The notes beneath the pieces are model-generated. The model did not search any database. It saw only the letters and a program-made list of their open reading frames with translations, and was not told the origin of the DNA. A stretch of DNA of 63,844 nt, filler included, from Chiloscyllium plagiosum (taxonomy: Eukaryota): NCBI RefSeq assembly GCF_004010195.1. It is 5 parts of one record of this genome, joined end to end, with 100 filler letters (N's around TTAATTAATTAA, not from the genome) between each part and the next. Parts side by side here need not be neighbours in the genome. Positions count along the whole stretch, not along the records: positions 23,308 to 52,406 come from NC_057711.1; positions 52,507 to 59,720 come from NC_057711.1; 3 more parts are not named here. The stretch is one strand, 5' to 3'. A program made the translations under genes and the position numbers. How positions within the stretch are numbered: position 1 is the first letter of the stretch; each line of letters begins with the position of its first letter. Of the stretch, positions 40,518 to 53,465 are shown piece after piece.

Positions 40518-42317
40518 CTGAACAAAGTTATGATTTACTCTGTGCACCTTCCCTCAATTGACAGCTGAGATTTACAATGGATACCATTTCCAAGACGCAT
40601 TGCAGGAACTTGTCAAGGCTCCTCCAACAGTATCTACTAAACCTGCAAATTCCCTCAGTTGGCAAGACAAATTCAGCAGATACATGGGAACACCACCAGT
40701 TGCAAGTACTTCTCCAAGCCATTCTCCATCCTGATTTGGAAACAAATCACCATTCCTTCAGTGTCACTGGGTCAAATTCTTGGAACTACTTTCCTAGCAG
40801 TACTTTGGCTGTATCTGCACTATGTGAACTATTGCAGGGGTTCAGAAAGGCAACTGATGGTCTTGAACTTTGAAATATATTTCAGAAACAGAAAGACACT
40901 GGAATATGTTTGCAAATGATGATGCCAGTACCACAGTGGAAGCTCAGGCTGAGGTGATATAACACATTCTTGGTGCTGTGCTAAACCAGCTTGCCATCAC
41001 ATCCAGATTTGTTTTTATTCACTTAGGGGGATGTGCATCATTAGATGGGCAAGTATTAAATTGACCATCCCTAGTTGCCCTTGAGAAGATGAAAGTGAGC
41101 TGCCTTCTTGAACTGTTGTAGTCTATAGGGTGTAGGGTTTGAGCTATTGGGAGAGACTGAATAGGTTAGGGCTATTTTCGCTGGAGCATCAGAGGCCTAT
41201 AGAAATTGGTAAAATTGGTAAAAGTGGCATGATAGGGTGAATAGCGAAGGTATTTTTGACAGGCTACAGGAATCCAAAACCAGAGGGCAGAGGTTTAAGG
41301 TTTAAAAGGGACCTAAGGCAACTTTTTCATGCAGAGGGTGGTATATGTATGGAAAGAGCTACTAGAGGAAATGGTGGAGACCAGTACAATTACAACATTT
41401 AAAAGGCATCTGGATGGGTATATGAATAGAGTAAGAGGAATAGAGGGAATAGGGCTTAGAGGGATTTGGGTCACATGCTGGCAGATAGGACTAGATTAAT
41501 TTAGAATATCTGGTCATCATGGATGAGTTGGACCAAAGGGTGTTTTTCCATGCTGCACATTTCTGACTCTAGGAACACCCACAATGCTGGAAGGGAGGGT
41601 GTTCAAAGACTTTTGATCCAGCAACACTGAAGAAATGGCATTTTTTCAAAGTCAGGATATTGAGTGCTTTGGAGGGGGACTTGCTGGAATATTGCCAGGA
41701 TCCATTACATTTGCAGTATTCAATACTTCTTGCTATGAATTTTAGTGAATTGATTTGGCTGAAGACTGGCATCTGTGACACTGGAGACGTCTAGAAGAGG
41801 CTGCAATGGGTCTTCTACTCGGCGCTTCTGGCAAAAGATTGTTGCGAGTGTTTGAGTTTGATGTTTTACACTGATGTCCTGGGTTCTGCTATCATTAATG
41901 ATGATGTTTTTGGAGCGCTTTTCTCCAGTAAGTTGTTTAATTGCCCACCACCATACACAACTGGATGTGGCACAATAGCAGAGCTTAGATCTGACTTGTT
42001 GGTTGTGGGATTGTGTAGCTCTGTTTATAAGTTGCTGTTTCCGCTGGTTGGCATTTGGAGCAGTCCTATTTTGGAGATTCATCTGGTTGACATCTCATCT
42101 TTAGGTATGCCTGGGCTGTACCTGGTATGCCCTCCTGCAGCCTTCATTGATCCAGATTTATGGCCAAGCTTGACAGTAATAGTAGAGTGTGAGATATGGG
42201 AATGTGCTGGGACATGTGTTTGCAAATTAAAGTACAATGATGGCAATGTCTGTAGTTCTTGCTTGGAAAGACTCAAATATAATGGTTGAGTTCAATGTTG
42301 TTTTTGACCATCCTTAC

Positions 42318-42615
42318 TTGCATGTGAAGCCCCATGTCTGGTGAACAAAGGCTGATTGAGTTCAATGACCACCTTCTTTTCAATCTGCGGCATTTCAGGC
42401 ATAGCTCCTGGGTAGACGGTCTGAAAACTCTTGACGGACAGTACCCTCTCTGGAAAGACCTTCTTCTTGACCCTCTTCATAGTGCTTATTCATCTTGGAA
42501 AACAAAGTGAGAGCCAACAATTGTCCCCAACGTCTGTCCTTATTGAACATGTAATATCAATTGTCCAATTGCTACTTCAAAACTCCACCTGGCACTTCCA
42601 CCAATGCACGTGAAG
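42318..42615 (-). pseudogene. 298-bp exon-like segment: LHVHWWKCQVEF*SSNW...CFPR*ISTMKRVKKKVFPERVLSV...RHGASHA
   Basis: Acceptor tttttttatttacctttag closes a 95-bp intron (42616-42710); donor CAA|gtaagg. Phase 0-1, two TGA in 99 codons. Contains most of ORF 42292..42480. Confidence 0.6.
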
Positions 42616-42710
42616 CTAAAGGTAAATAAAAAAACACTTCACAATCAACTTGTTGATTGTCCTCCCCCCACCGCTCCCCTCCAATTATCTCCAGTTGGGT
42701 GTTAACTTAC

Positions 42711-43086
42711 CTTTGGTGCTGTGAGATGTACAAACTCACTATCTGGATCTCCCTGCTCCAAATGAAGAAAATGTGCCTTTTAACATCAGGAAACACTGAC
42801 TAAGAAGCCTTCCAGTGCACCCAGGGTATAACTTCGGTTATGCCCTTTCTATAATGGAACTTTACTTGCATCCTGTTGAAAGAAACTGGCAGCACAGCAC
42901 GGCCCAGCACTAGTCCTTTCCTTGTATCCTGGAGGCAGCAACGTGGAAAGAAAATTTTCACCCTTAGTTTCCATGGGCTTTCCCCATAACAGAGAGCAGA
43001 GCTTCCTCCCTTCAGAGAGCAACACAAGTATACCGTATGATGCAGGTCTGCTTGCATTTTTCTCAGAAATACTCCATGTATTGTAG
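42711..43086 (-). pseudogene. 376-bp exon-like segment: YNTWSISEKNASRPASYGILVLL...KVPL*KGHN...VS*C*KAHFLHLEQGDPDSEFVHLTAPK
   Basis: Acceptor ttcattagtttgcag and consensus donor AAG|gtaagt. Phase 2-0, three stops in 125 codons. Confidence 0.55.
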
Positions 43087-43208
43087 CTGCAAACTAATGA
43101 AATATTCGAGAACAGACTTGGGAAGAACTAAAGTTACCATTTACGTCAGAATATCATACTTCACACAACCTTTGAGTGCTTGGGTTATGATATTGGGCAT
43201 TAACTTAC

Positions 43209-43235
43209 TGTTCACACTTTGGAAATCTCCACTTT
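43209..43235 (-). pseudogene. 27-bp micro-exon-like segment (KWRFPKCE in phase 2)
   Basis: Acceptor ttgtgcatag and donor CA|gtaagt. Flanking introns are 161 and 122 bp. Confidence 0.45.
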
Positions 43236-43396
43236 CTATGCACAACATGTGCAAAAATGGTTTTAAATGATGGTTGCATTGCACTCAAAATTGGTTACAG
43301 ATCTCAAAAGACTCCCATGTCTGTTAGTCTGTGGGATTTTTTTTACAGCACACAGCATGAAGCTTTTTGGATATAATGGGAATGCTATTCCCTTAC

Positions 43397-43639
43397 TTGG
43401 CACATCCTGTCAGTGTATGCCAAAGCAAACATTGAAGTATCCATAACTATTTGCAACATTCTCTGGAGGGAAAATAAACTGCCTGATGATCAGAGCCCTG
43501 AGGTAAACACAACAGAGCAATAACAGCTTCAGACATGGAGTGATGGACTGCTGTCTCTGATTTGACGTAGGACAAACAGCTTTGACCTCTGACAACATCT
43601 GTTGTGGAGAAATTTCTCACGCTGAACACATTCCACATA
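43397..43639 (-). pseudogene. 243-bp exon-like segment: MWNVFSVRNFSTTDVVRGQ...RECCK*LWILQCLLWHTLTGCA
   Basis: Acceptor aacctttag and donor AA|gtaagg. One stop in the phase-2 frame and two in each other frame, so the true frame is uncertain. Confidence 0.5.
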
Positions 43640-44733
43640 CTAAAGGTTCTTAAGGATCAGATGCTGGGAGTGTCTCCTTATTTTGCAGACATTGATTTGC
43701 TCTATGTATCAGCAGCCTGAGAGAACACTGGGATTATAGTGTGGTATATGAGCCTTTGTTTTTCAGGCTCAATTGTAGTTTAATAATAATATCCACAGAA
43801 GCGGAAGTTCAGTTGGTGCTCTTAGTTGAAGTCATGCCTAGGAGTTTGAAAACAAGAGAAAATATCTTTCAGGGAGTGAGACCCCCTTGATCTCTTATTT
43901 GAATTCAAATTCCTCTGTTTGTACACTTATCTTTCTTATATGAATAGTAACTAAAAGAAGTGATAATTGGCATCTTATACTGTTGTACTATTGGCAGGCG
44001 CACAACTACATAGCAGTTTGGGGAATGCTAGGTATTGGAATTCTTCAGTAAAACTATCAATACTCCAAGGCATCCAAGCCTTTTTAACCTTGTTGCCAAA
44101 ATACTGACACTGAGCTGTTGCCAACTCAAAATATCCATACTATTTCCATAAAGCAAAATTCCACCTGGAAACTAATGACTATTACGGCCCCAGGGCTAGA
44201 GTTTAATTGGATTTCAGGTTTATTTATTCAATGTTTTAAAATAAAAGTAAGAAAGGCCGATTAAATTATAATCCCATCGAGATAGTCGAGTTTCATCTTG
44301 CATTTAGTCTTAAGCTGGCTGTAATTTTAAAAGGGATAAAGAAAGCTTTCAAATGCCCCAGCATTCTGAAATAAGAATGAGGTAACATCAACACTATAAC
44401 TATGTCAGCCTGTTATTTAAAGCAAATCCAATGATTGATAGATCCTGTATCATAGCGCTCATAGAGGAGAAACCTGACCAGTGCATTTTCCATAAGGCAC
44501 TCTGATATTTGAGAATGGATGGCAAACAGACAAAACACAATGCCTACTTAAATATCGCAAGACTTGATTCTTTGTCTTCTGCTGAATAAATATACTTTGC
44601 TCCACATCCTACTGTGTAATTGGTATAACAGATGCTGTTTTCTGACAGGACCAAAGGGAACCTATCTTTAAGTGGCCCTCCAGGTGCCAGTTAAGCTGCA
44701 GACAGGACTTCCAACTGAGAGCAGTAAACTTAC

Positions 44734-44767
44734 TTATTCGTGATGCTCCTTGTTCCATTAAAGTTCT
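44734..44767 (-). pseudogene. 34-bp exon-like segment
   Basis: Acceptor tgctttttcacag and donor AA|gtaagt. The phase 1-2 reading (NFNGTRSITN) joins the 43639 exon in frame. Confidence 0.45.
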
Positions 44768-47700
44768 CTGTGAAAAAGCAATATATGCTGTCCATTTTTT
44801 CAATTGCAGGAGTTGAGCTCCACTATTATCAACAGAATAAAATATTTAAAAATAAAAAGTTGTGATATTCATAGAATCATACAGTTATATAACACAGAAA
44901 CAGACCGTTCAGTCCAGCTTGCCCATGCTGACTAGATAGTCTAAACTGATCTAGTCCCATTTACCAGCATTTGGCCCATATTCCTTTAAACCCTTCCTAT
45001 TTGTATACACATCCAGATTCCTTTAAAATGATGTATTTTAACCTGCCTCCACCACCTCCACTGATAGCTCATTCTGCGTGAAAAAGTTGGCCCTCAGATC
45101 TATTTCCCTTCTCACGTTAAACCTATGTCCTTGGCCTTTACCCTATCCAGGCCCTCATGATTTTATAAACCTCTATAAGATCACCCCTCAGTCTCTGATA
45201 CTGATTTGGAGTGTTATGCAAAAAGTGGTGAAAACATTTCAGGGCATTTGAAGGTGACAATAAGGAAACACTCAGCGTGGAGGGTGTATCAGTGTGAGAA
45301 TCTGACCAATATCTAAGATCCTGTGAATTGTACTATAGTTTGTTTTGCTGAGCTTGCCTTTCCACTTTAACAGTTAATACAATTTTTCTTCACTTTTCTT
45401 CCTGCTTTGCCATTCAAGTGTTGATTTCAAATTGGCTACTTCTTTCAGAATTGGCCTTTCTTAGGGCATGTAACCAATGTCTGTGTATGGAGGCTAAGAG
45501 TGTATTTTAGCAGGATTTCATGGAATGTTAGGGTTGTTGTGGGCAGACAGGAGGAAGGTAGAGAAAAGTCTTCAACTTTCATACATTAATTGACAATGTC
45601 AGTCCCTCAAAATATCTGCCAGGCATCATGATTTGAATGTCCTCAGGTGACTTTGCTGGTCCATTGTGGTCCTTTGGTAGAGAACATAAGTGTTGTCTCA
45701 AGAGCAGAGGTCAGCAGTTAGTTTAGTGTCAGGATATTTCCCAGATCAGCAAAAAACAACCCAGGAGGAAGACCACTGGAATTTTGAATTCTGAATGAGG
45801 CACATGGATCTCATAGGAATCATGATAGGCAGTCTTAGAACTAATTCTGTTGGGTATAGATGGACAGAAGATCTGCATCAATGTTCCAGCATTTTGTCAA
45901 AGTTTAAAAAAAATATAAAGAGTCCTCACTCTCCACCCTTCACATTCACAATCACCATCCATATCAATGCACGTCAACTCATGTTCCTATCCACCTCTGT
46001 CAACCCCAGTACACTTCATAAAAGCCAATGTACCTCTGTTCACATTTGTAGAAACCTCAGTCACTATACCAACTCTTGCTCTCCATTCTCATGGCCCTTA
46101 TGACAACAGACAATGAATCAGTTAGGGCTGATTTTCTAGATATATATTTTACAAATTTTAAATATCAGGAGTTTTAAATGCTTAGCAACAACTATTAACA
46201 GGTATTTTTCAGAGCTCTCTTTACAATATTTTTACACATTCATGCAGCAAATTTAAAAAAATATTCAAGACCATTGCATTTTCGGACCCATTGAAAGGCT
46301 TGATTCATGCAAAGGGTTGAAACTGCTCAGGTTGTTTAAACCTTCAATGGATTGATTTGTGTGCTAGGACATTACAAACATTTTTAAAAGTCATTCAGAG
46401 GATGTGGGCCAACATTTATTTCTTCATGCCTTATTGCCCTTGAGAAGGTGGTGGTGAGCTTTCTTTCTTGAACCACTCAATATAATTAATATGGGGATAC
46501 TCACATTGCTGTTCGAGATAGGATTCCTGGATTTGACTCAATGTGACAGTGAAAGAAGAATGATACATTTCCAAGTCAGGATGGTGATTGGCTAGGTGAG
46601 GAATTTGCTGGCCCTTGTCCTTCTATATGGTAGTGGTTGCGGGTTTCAAAGGAGCTGTCTAAATATACTTGGCAAATTTCTGTAGTGCATCTTGTAGATA
46701 AGGCACACTGCTGTTACTGGAGAATGGAATGGATATTTACAGATTTAATGCTAATCAAATGGGCTGCTGTGTCTTTGATTTTGTTGAGTTCCTTCAGTAT
46801 GGTTGGAGCTGTACCCATCCAGGCAAGTTGGGAGTATTCCATTGCTGTCCTAACTTATGCCTTGGAGACAGTGGTGGCTTTTAAGAGTCAGGAAGTAAGT
46901 TATGCAAGGCCTCTGGCCTTCTCTTGGAGTCACAATACTTGCGTGATTAGTTCAACTTGTGATGATGCTATCACTTTAAAATGGTTATTTTCCTGGGATT
47001 TTTTGAAGAGAAGTTTCAACGGTTGAGGTGCTGACCTGGCTATTGGATCCAACCTAAGGCAATAGGTTAAGAGGCCTATGGGTTTTTTTAAAGCAGTTGC
47101 AATATTGGAAGGGGAACATTTTCCATGAGATTCCTGCTGTTCTTGTCTTGATCCTGTCCCCATTAAACCACAGATCCTCCTGTGCGACTCAAATCCTGAA
47201 ATCATCTAATATTGGAAACAATTTTCTCTCTTCAAGTATAGAACTGTTCAATTATACACATCATTATAGCACTGTTCACTTAAACACATCATTCTGTTTT
47301 TTTTTGTTAATGGTTTTTTAATCATGTTGTTAAGTTTGTCATAGAAAGCACACAAAAAAGAGCCTTTGGTCCATTGTGTCTGTGCTGGTCAAAAATGATG
47401 CTATTCCCATGTTCTAACACTTGGCCCATAACCTTGCATGCCTTGGAATTGCAAGTGCCCATCTAAATGTTACGAGGATGTCTGCCTCTACCACCTTTTC
47501 AGGCAGGAAGTTCTGGATTCCCATCTCTGGATGAAAAAAATCTTCTCAAAATTATCTCTTTGCTTTAAATCTTTGCCCCCTGTCAATGATTCCACAACAA
47601 GTGAAAGGTTTCTTCTTGTGTATCTGATCTTTGCCCTTTATAATTTTACATATCTTCATTGTGTTTCCTCTCAATCTCCTCTGCCCTAAGGAAAATGACT

Positions 47701-48454
47701 GCCCATCTGATCTTTCTTCATAACTGAAACTCGTCCGCCCAAGTTACATCCTGATAAATCTTCTTTGTACCCTCCACAGTGCTATCACATCCCTAGTATA
47801 AAATTCCAGAAGTGGACACAGTATTCTGGCAGTCGCCCATTTCTTCATGTCTTTGTTTAAACTTAAGAGAAACAAGTGGTCATTGTTAGTCGTCTGAGCA
47901 CATAATATTAATCAATCGAAACATGCATCCCCATTCTAAGTGATTAAAGACTTAATAACCATCTAAGTTTGTCTAAGAATTGCATCAGTTGTATGACACT
48001 TTGATCTTTTACTCATAAATTCTGTGGGAGAAAGTGAGAACTGCAGATGCTGGAGATCAGAGCTTAAAAATGTGTTGCTGGAAAAGCGCAGCAGGTCAGG
48101 CAGCATCCAAGGAGCAGGAGAATCGGCGTTTCGGGCATAAGCCCGCTTTTCCAGCAACACATTTTTAAGCTCATAAATTCTGCGTCCTGTGTATCCTGCC
48201 CCACTGGCTATCTGACGAAGGATTTGAACTCCGAAAGCTTGTACTTTCAAATAAACCTGTTGGACTATAACCTGGTGTTGTGAGAGTTTTAAGTCTCAAG
48301 ATTAGAGTGGTGCTGGAAAAGCACAATAGGTCAGGCAGCATCTGAGGAGCAGGAAAATTGAAAATGGCGGAGGATGATGCGATGTATACAGAGGTTGGTA
48401 GGGTGGAAGGTGAAGACCAGGGGGTTCTGTCCTTGTTATGGTTGGAGGGGTGGG

Positions 48455-48923
48455 TGTGGTGAAACGGTTAAAAATTATGTCCCAATACATGTGTGAATCT
48501 AACCGGAATGGAGGTGTTGCTTAGTCCCGTGTGAATCTTATTACACACCTCCCCGTGTGAATCTTCTTATCTGTATGTAACCAGAATGGAATGTGTTTTT
48601 TAGCCTTGCTCTGCTGTTCACATGAATGTTTATATCTGGAAAAGAGTATATCAGCTGTAAAAGTCTCCAGTTCGGTGAGTCTGGTCCGGGGTTACGTTTA
48701 ACCGCCGAGCGTGGGTTGTTGGCAACCGCTCTACGAGAACTGACGGCTCCCAGTTCGGGTAACATGTAGAGTGAGTATAAGCCAGACCCGTTGTATGAGA
48801 CCTGGTTGTGGCGACGCTGCGGGGAATAAAATGCCCATATTCTAGCAGACTCGCCTCTTGGTCGTTTGTTCTGTGTCAGACTACTCTCCTACGAACCTGA
48901 CCTTGAGAATTTTTTTTAAAACA
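48455..48923 (+). mobile_element. Solo LTR (469 bp) inserted in a Penelope-like fragment
   Basis: TG...CA termini; 5-bp TSD GTGGG (48450-48454 and 48924-48928); TATAA ~48776; AATAAA ~48825; internal gtgtgaatct repeated three times; CpG-rich. Confidence 0.85.
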
Positions 48924-50613
48924 GTGGGGTTCGAGTGCGGAGGCGCAGGACTTAGATGAGATGCATTGGAGGCCATCTTCAACCACGTGAGAGGGGAGGT
49001 TGCGGTCTTTAAGGAAGGAGTCCATCTGGTGTGTTCTGTGGTGGAACTGGTCCTCCTGGGAGTAGATGCGGCGGAGGCTAAGGAATTGGGAATATGGGAT
49101 AGCATTTTTGCAGGAGGTAGGGTGGGAGGAGGTGTAATCCAGGTAGCTTTGGGAGTTGTTTCCTCATTTCCCCTCCACCCACTTTACCCCAGTTCCAATC
49201 TTACAGCTCAGCACCATCTTCATGACCTATCCCACCTATCGATCTTCCTTCCCACCTATCCGCTCCACCCTCCTCTCCGACCTGTCACCTTTATCCCCAC
49301 ATCCATCCATCTATTGCGCTCTCAGCTGTATTCTCCCCAGCCCCACCCTCCTCCCATTTATCTCTCTACCTCCGAAGTTCCCAGCCTCATTGCTGATGAT
49401 GGGCTTTTGCCCGGAACATTGATTTTCCTGCTCCTCGGATGCTGCCTGACCTGCTGTGCTTTTCCGGCTCTACTCTTGACTCTAATCTCCAGCACCTGCA
49501 GTACCCACTTCTGATTTTTGACTTTGTCCACCGCAACGCAACACTGGCACCTCCACATTATTCTTCCTTTAAGAAACTCCTTAAAACCTATCTCTTTGAC
49601 TAAGGTTTTGATCATCTGCCCTAATCATTTCTTACAAGGCGCAGTATTATTGCTTTGTTCTATATTGTTCCTGTAAAATTTGTCTTATGTTAAAGGTGCT
49701 GTATCAATAGAAGTATTTTGTAATTCAAAGCAATGGTAATATTAAGTTATACTCATTGAGCCATCTGCATCAATTCAGCTGCATGGTGTGTTCAATGTGA
49801 GTATAGAGCTGAAAATGTGTTGCTGGAAAAGCGCAGCAGGTCAGGCAGCATCCAAGGAGCAGGCGAATCGACGTTTCAGGAAGAAGGGCTCATGCTCGAA
49901 ACATCGATTCTCCTGCTCCTTAGATGCTGCCTGACCTGCTGCGCTTTTCCAGCAACACATTTTCAGCTCTGATCTCCAGCATCTGCAGTCCTCACTTTCT
50001 CCTCAATGTGAGTACACCAGACTTAAAATATGTGCATTCAATGCGGTCTTCACTCTTGGTATTTTACAACATGTCTCTTGGAGATGTGTCAGTGAAAATA
50101 TTATGCAGCAAGGCTCACTATCACAAGGCATCTTGTTTGACTACAAAGAGAAGTGACACTTTATCTGCCCACAGAGACAGGTGTCAAACCCTGCTGGAGG
50201 CAAGCTTGTTTACTTAGAGTGTGTGAACCAGTGAACAATGCAGTCTGAGCAGAGATTAGAAAGCAACCAGATTTGGGTTTTCATTTAAATGTTATTCATT
50301 GAAAGTTACATGTTCAAACCATTTGAAATGTTGCCCCTTTGCAACAAGAACACGGAACACTGCTTATAAATGCAGGTTAAAGTTAACAAACTAGTTAGTC
50401 TGCATGCACTGCAGAATGTAATGCCTTAATGCTCATGACTCTGAAACTCCTTACATCCATCACCCTGTAATCAAATACCATTTAAAACCCAAGTCCAAAC
50501 TCACCCACCGAGTGTGTCTGGATTGGCCACAATTGCCTTCCATTCCTGTTGCTAAGACTCTTCATTTTGATTTACAGATGCAGAAAGTTAATCATGTTTC
50601 TACAGATTAAAGT

Positions 50614-52235
50614 GAAAATCACACAACATCAGGTTATAGTCCAACAGGTCTTTTCAGAGGCACTAGCTTTTGGAGCGCTGCTCCTTCATCAGGTAACTAG
50701 TGGAGCAGGATCATAAGACACAGAATTTATGGCAAAAGATTATAGTGTCATGCATCTGGTTTGATATATTGACACAGGTAGATTGCTGTTAAGTCTTTCA
50801 TCTTTTGCAGGCATTGATTCGTTAATATTTAAATCCTCAGGAAACAGACACAGGATGTGTCGGACAGGGTACACTTCATTGTCCAGTACTTCCCGGGAGC
50901 GGAGAAACTACGCCATATTTTAAACAGCCTGCAACCCATTATCGATGTCAAGACCTTCGCTATGCCTCCACTTCTTGCCTTTAAACAACTGACAAACCTT
51001 AAACAGACCATTGTTTGCAGCAAACGCCCAGCCTCCAGGACAACATCGACTATAACACCGGACAACCTGTCTTGGCAACCACTGCAAGATATGTCAGAGT
51101 ATCGACATGGATATTACCATTACACATGGGGACACCATCCACTACGTGCACGGTAGGCATTCATGTGACTCAGCTAACATTGTCTATCTCATACACTGCA
51201 GGCAAGGATGCCCTGAGGGCGTATTGGCGAGACCAAGCAGGTGCTACGACAATGGATGAATGGACACCCTGCAACAATCAGCAGACAGGGATGTTCCCTC
51301 CCAGTCAGTGAACACTTCAGTGGTCAGAGACATTTGGCCTCAGATCTTTGGGTGACCATCCTCCAAGGCGGACTTCAGGGTACACAACAATGCAGAGTGG
51401 CCGAGCAGAGGCTGATAGCCAAGTTCAGTACCCATGAGGGTGGCCTCAACTGGGACCTTGAGTTCATGTCATACTACAGGTGACCCCACTACGTTAGACA
51501 TTCTCACACACACACGCACTGACACACAAGCCCACATAACAAACACACTCTTACATGCTCACACACTCTTACAGACCCTCTCTCATACACACGCTGTCTC
51601 TCAGACACATACACCCCAAACACACTCACACACGCACACACCCTCTCACAATCATACTCCATCGCACTCATGCACACACTCTACAAAGTAAGCGCACACA
51701 CTCTCTCACACGCACACATACACACACTCACATGCACACACTCACATTCTCTCCTACACACATAAACACACGCACACACTCTCTGTCTCTTTCACATGCG
51801 TGCACGCACACACATATAAGCCTAAAGGGTGAATTAGCATTGGCAGGATTGTATTTGAAGAAACATTTTATTTTGTTTAAAAAGGGCACAATCCAGAGGC
51901 AGTCAGTCCATGTGACATTTTATAAATTCCTACTTTGGAAATAGTACCAGTGTGGCTCAAGATTGGAATACAGACAAACTCTAAATTCAAATTTTTAATC
52001 AATTGTCTGAGCTGAGACGTCACCTATTTTTTATAAAACTTTAAGTTATTTTGGGTATGTGACTTAAGAGAAGTTCTGGGATTTACATATGAATGAATCG
52101 ATACCTGCAACACATTCTAAAAGATGAAAGACTTAACAGCAATCTAGTTTGTTCAATATATAGTATCAGGTGCATGACCCTATGATCTTTCACTATACTG
52201 CCCCACTAGTTTCCTGATGAAGGAACAGCGCTTTG
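50614..52235 (+). mobile_element. Penelope-like element (second family) with GIY-YIG remnant, CA-rich tract and inverted 5' terminal repeat
   Basis: FIVQYFPGAEKLRHIL..PPLLAFKQ..NLK, YIGET-like tattggcgagacc, RQWMNGH, PVSEHF, AEQRLIAKF..GLN. 50670-50805 is the inverse of ~52120-52230. Confidence 0.85.
51503..51815 (+). repeat. Imperfect (CA)n/(CT)n microsatellite inside the PLE
   Basis: Direct inspection. Confidence 0.9.
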
Positions 52236-52525
52236 AGCGTAGAACATAAAACATAGAAAAATACAGCGCAGTACAGGCCCTTTGGCCCTCGATGTTGCGC
52301 CGATCCAAGCCCACCTAACCTACACTAGCCCACTATCCTCCATATGCCTATCCAATGCCCGCTTAAATGCCCATAAAGAGGGAGAGTCCACCACTGCTAC
52401 TGGCAGNNNNNNNNNNNNNNNNNNNNNNNNNNNNNNNNNNNNNNNNNNNNTTAATTAATTAANNNNNNNNNNNNNNNNNNNNNNNNNNNNNNNNNNNNNN
52501 NNNNNNCTTCAGGCTCTCTGCCTTT

Positions 52526-52560
52526 ATTCCTGATGAAGGGCTTTTGCCCGAAACGTCGAT
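52526..52560 (+). ncRNA. Minimal hammerhead-ribozyme motif in a PLE terminal repeat (intact core)
   Basis: CUGAUGA (52530-36), A, stem II GGGC-UUUU-GCCC, GAAA-C, GUC (52555-57). Stem III is reduced to the palindrome ACGU. Confidence 0.7.
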
Positions 52561-53353
52561 TTCGAAGCTTTTTGGATGCTGCCTGAATTGCTGTGCTCTT
52601 CCAACACCACTGATCCAGAATCCCAAGAATCAGTCTGGTGAACCTTCCCTGGACTCCTTCAATTGCAAGAAGCCCTTCCTCAGACTAGGAGAGCAAAACT
52701 GCACACAGTAGCCAGGTATAGCCTCAACTTGGCCCTGTACAACTACAGCAAGACATCCCTACTCCTACATCAAATCCTCTCGCTATGAATGTCAGCATGT
52801 CATTAGCTCTCCGCACCACCTGCTGCACCAGCATGCCAACCTTCAGTGACTGTTTGATCATGGCACCCAGGTCTCATTGTATCTCACCTTCTCCTAAACT
52901 GCCACCATTCAGATAATAATGAGGATCTATGTATTGGAACATTCATGTGTTTTGATATAATCCAACTGGTAAAAGGTACCCCGCCCATCAGCTCCAAAAA
53001 AAAAAATGCATCAACACCACAGGACCAACAGGATTCTCTGTTTTTGAAATTTTGCAGTCATAGAGTCATCAGGACAGGGGTTATTACTGGTCCCACTTTA
53101 GAGCAGAACACTCAGCTAAACTGGTTTCAGTTCAGAGGTTCAGATCTTCAGGCTTAAGCTCATTGCTGTGAGAGGTGAAGATCCCACTGAAATGTAAATG
53201 ATATTTTTCTGACAACAATTGAATCCTAAAAAAAAGTTACTAATTTTAACTCAACTTTGTACTTCTACTCATGCTAACAGACTCCAAAACCTCAAAGCAA
53301 CCAGTGGGAAAATAAATTTTAAAAATAAATTTAAAACACAATTAATAATGAAC

Positions 53354-53465
53354 CTTCTGATCTTTGAGAAGTGCTCAAAGTCCATTTCAAAATCTAGTTG
53401 CATGTGATGAAAAGAAATGGGGCATTGACTGAATAATTGAGAGAAAACCACATGTATATCTTCAT
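53354..53465 (-). pseudogene. Exon-like segment: (x)EDIHVVFSQLFSQCPISFHHMQLDFEMDFEHFSKIR
   Basis: Strong acceptor tttccttctctccag and weaker donor AG|gttcat. 112 bp, phase 1-2, fully open. After a 167-bp intron, acceptor atttacatttcag (exon from 53186) continues in phase as GIFTSHSNELKPEDLNL*TETSL. Confidence 0.5.

Noticed and set aside
40371..42615. In-frame TGA codons read as selenocysteine or recoding
   Set aside because: TAG and TAA stops and frameshifts occur in the same chain and I saw no SECIS-like element, so ordinary decay is the simpler explanation.
51434..51944. His/Thr-rich ORFs
   Set aside because: Translation of the CA microsatellite.
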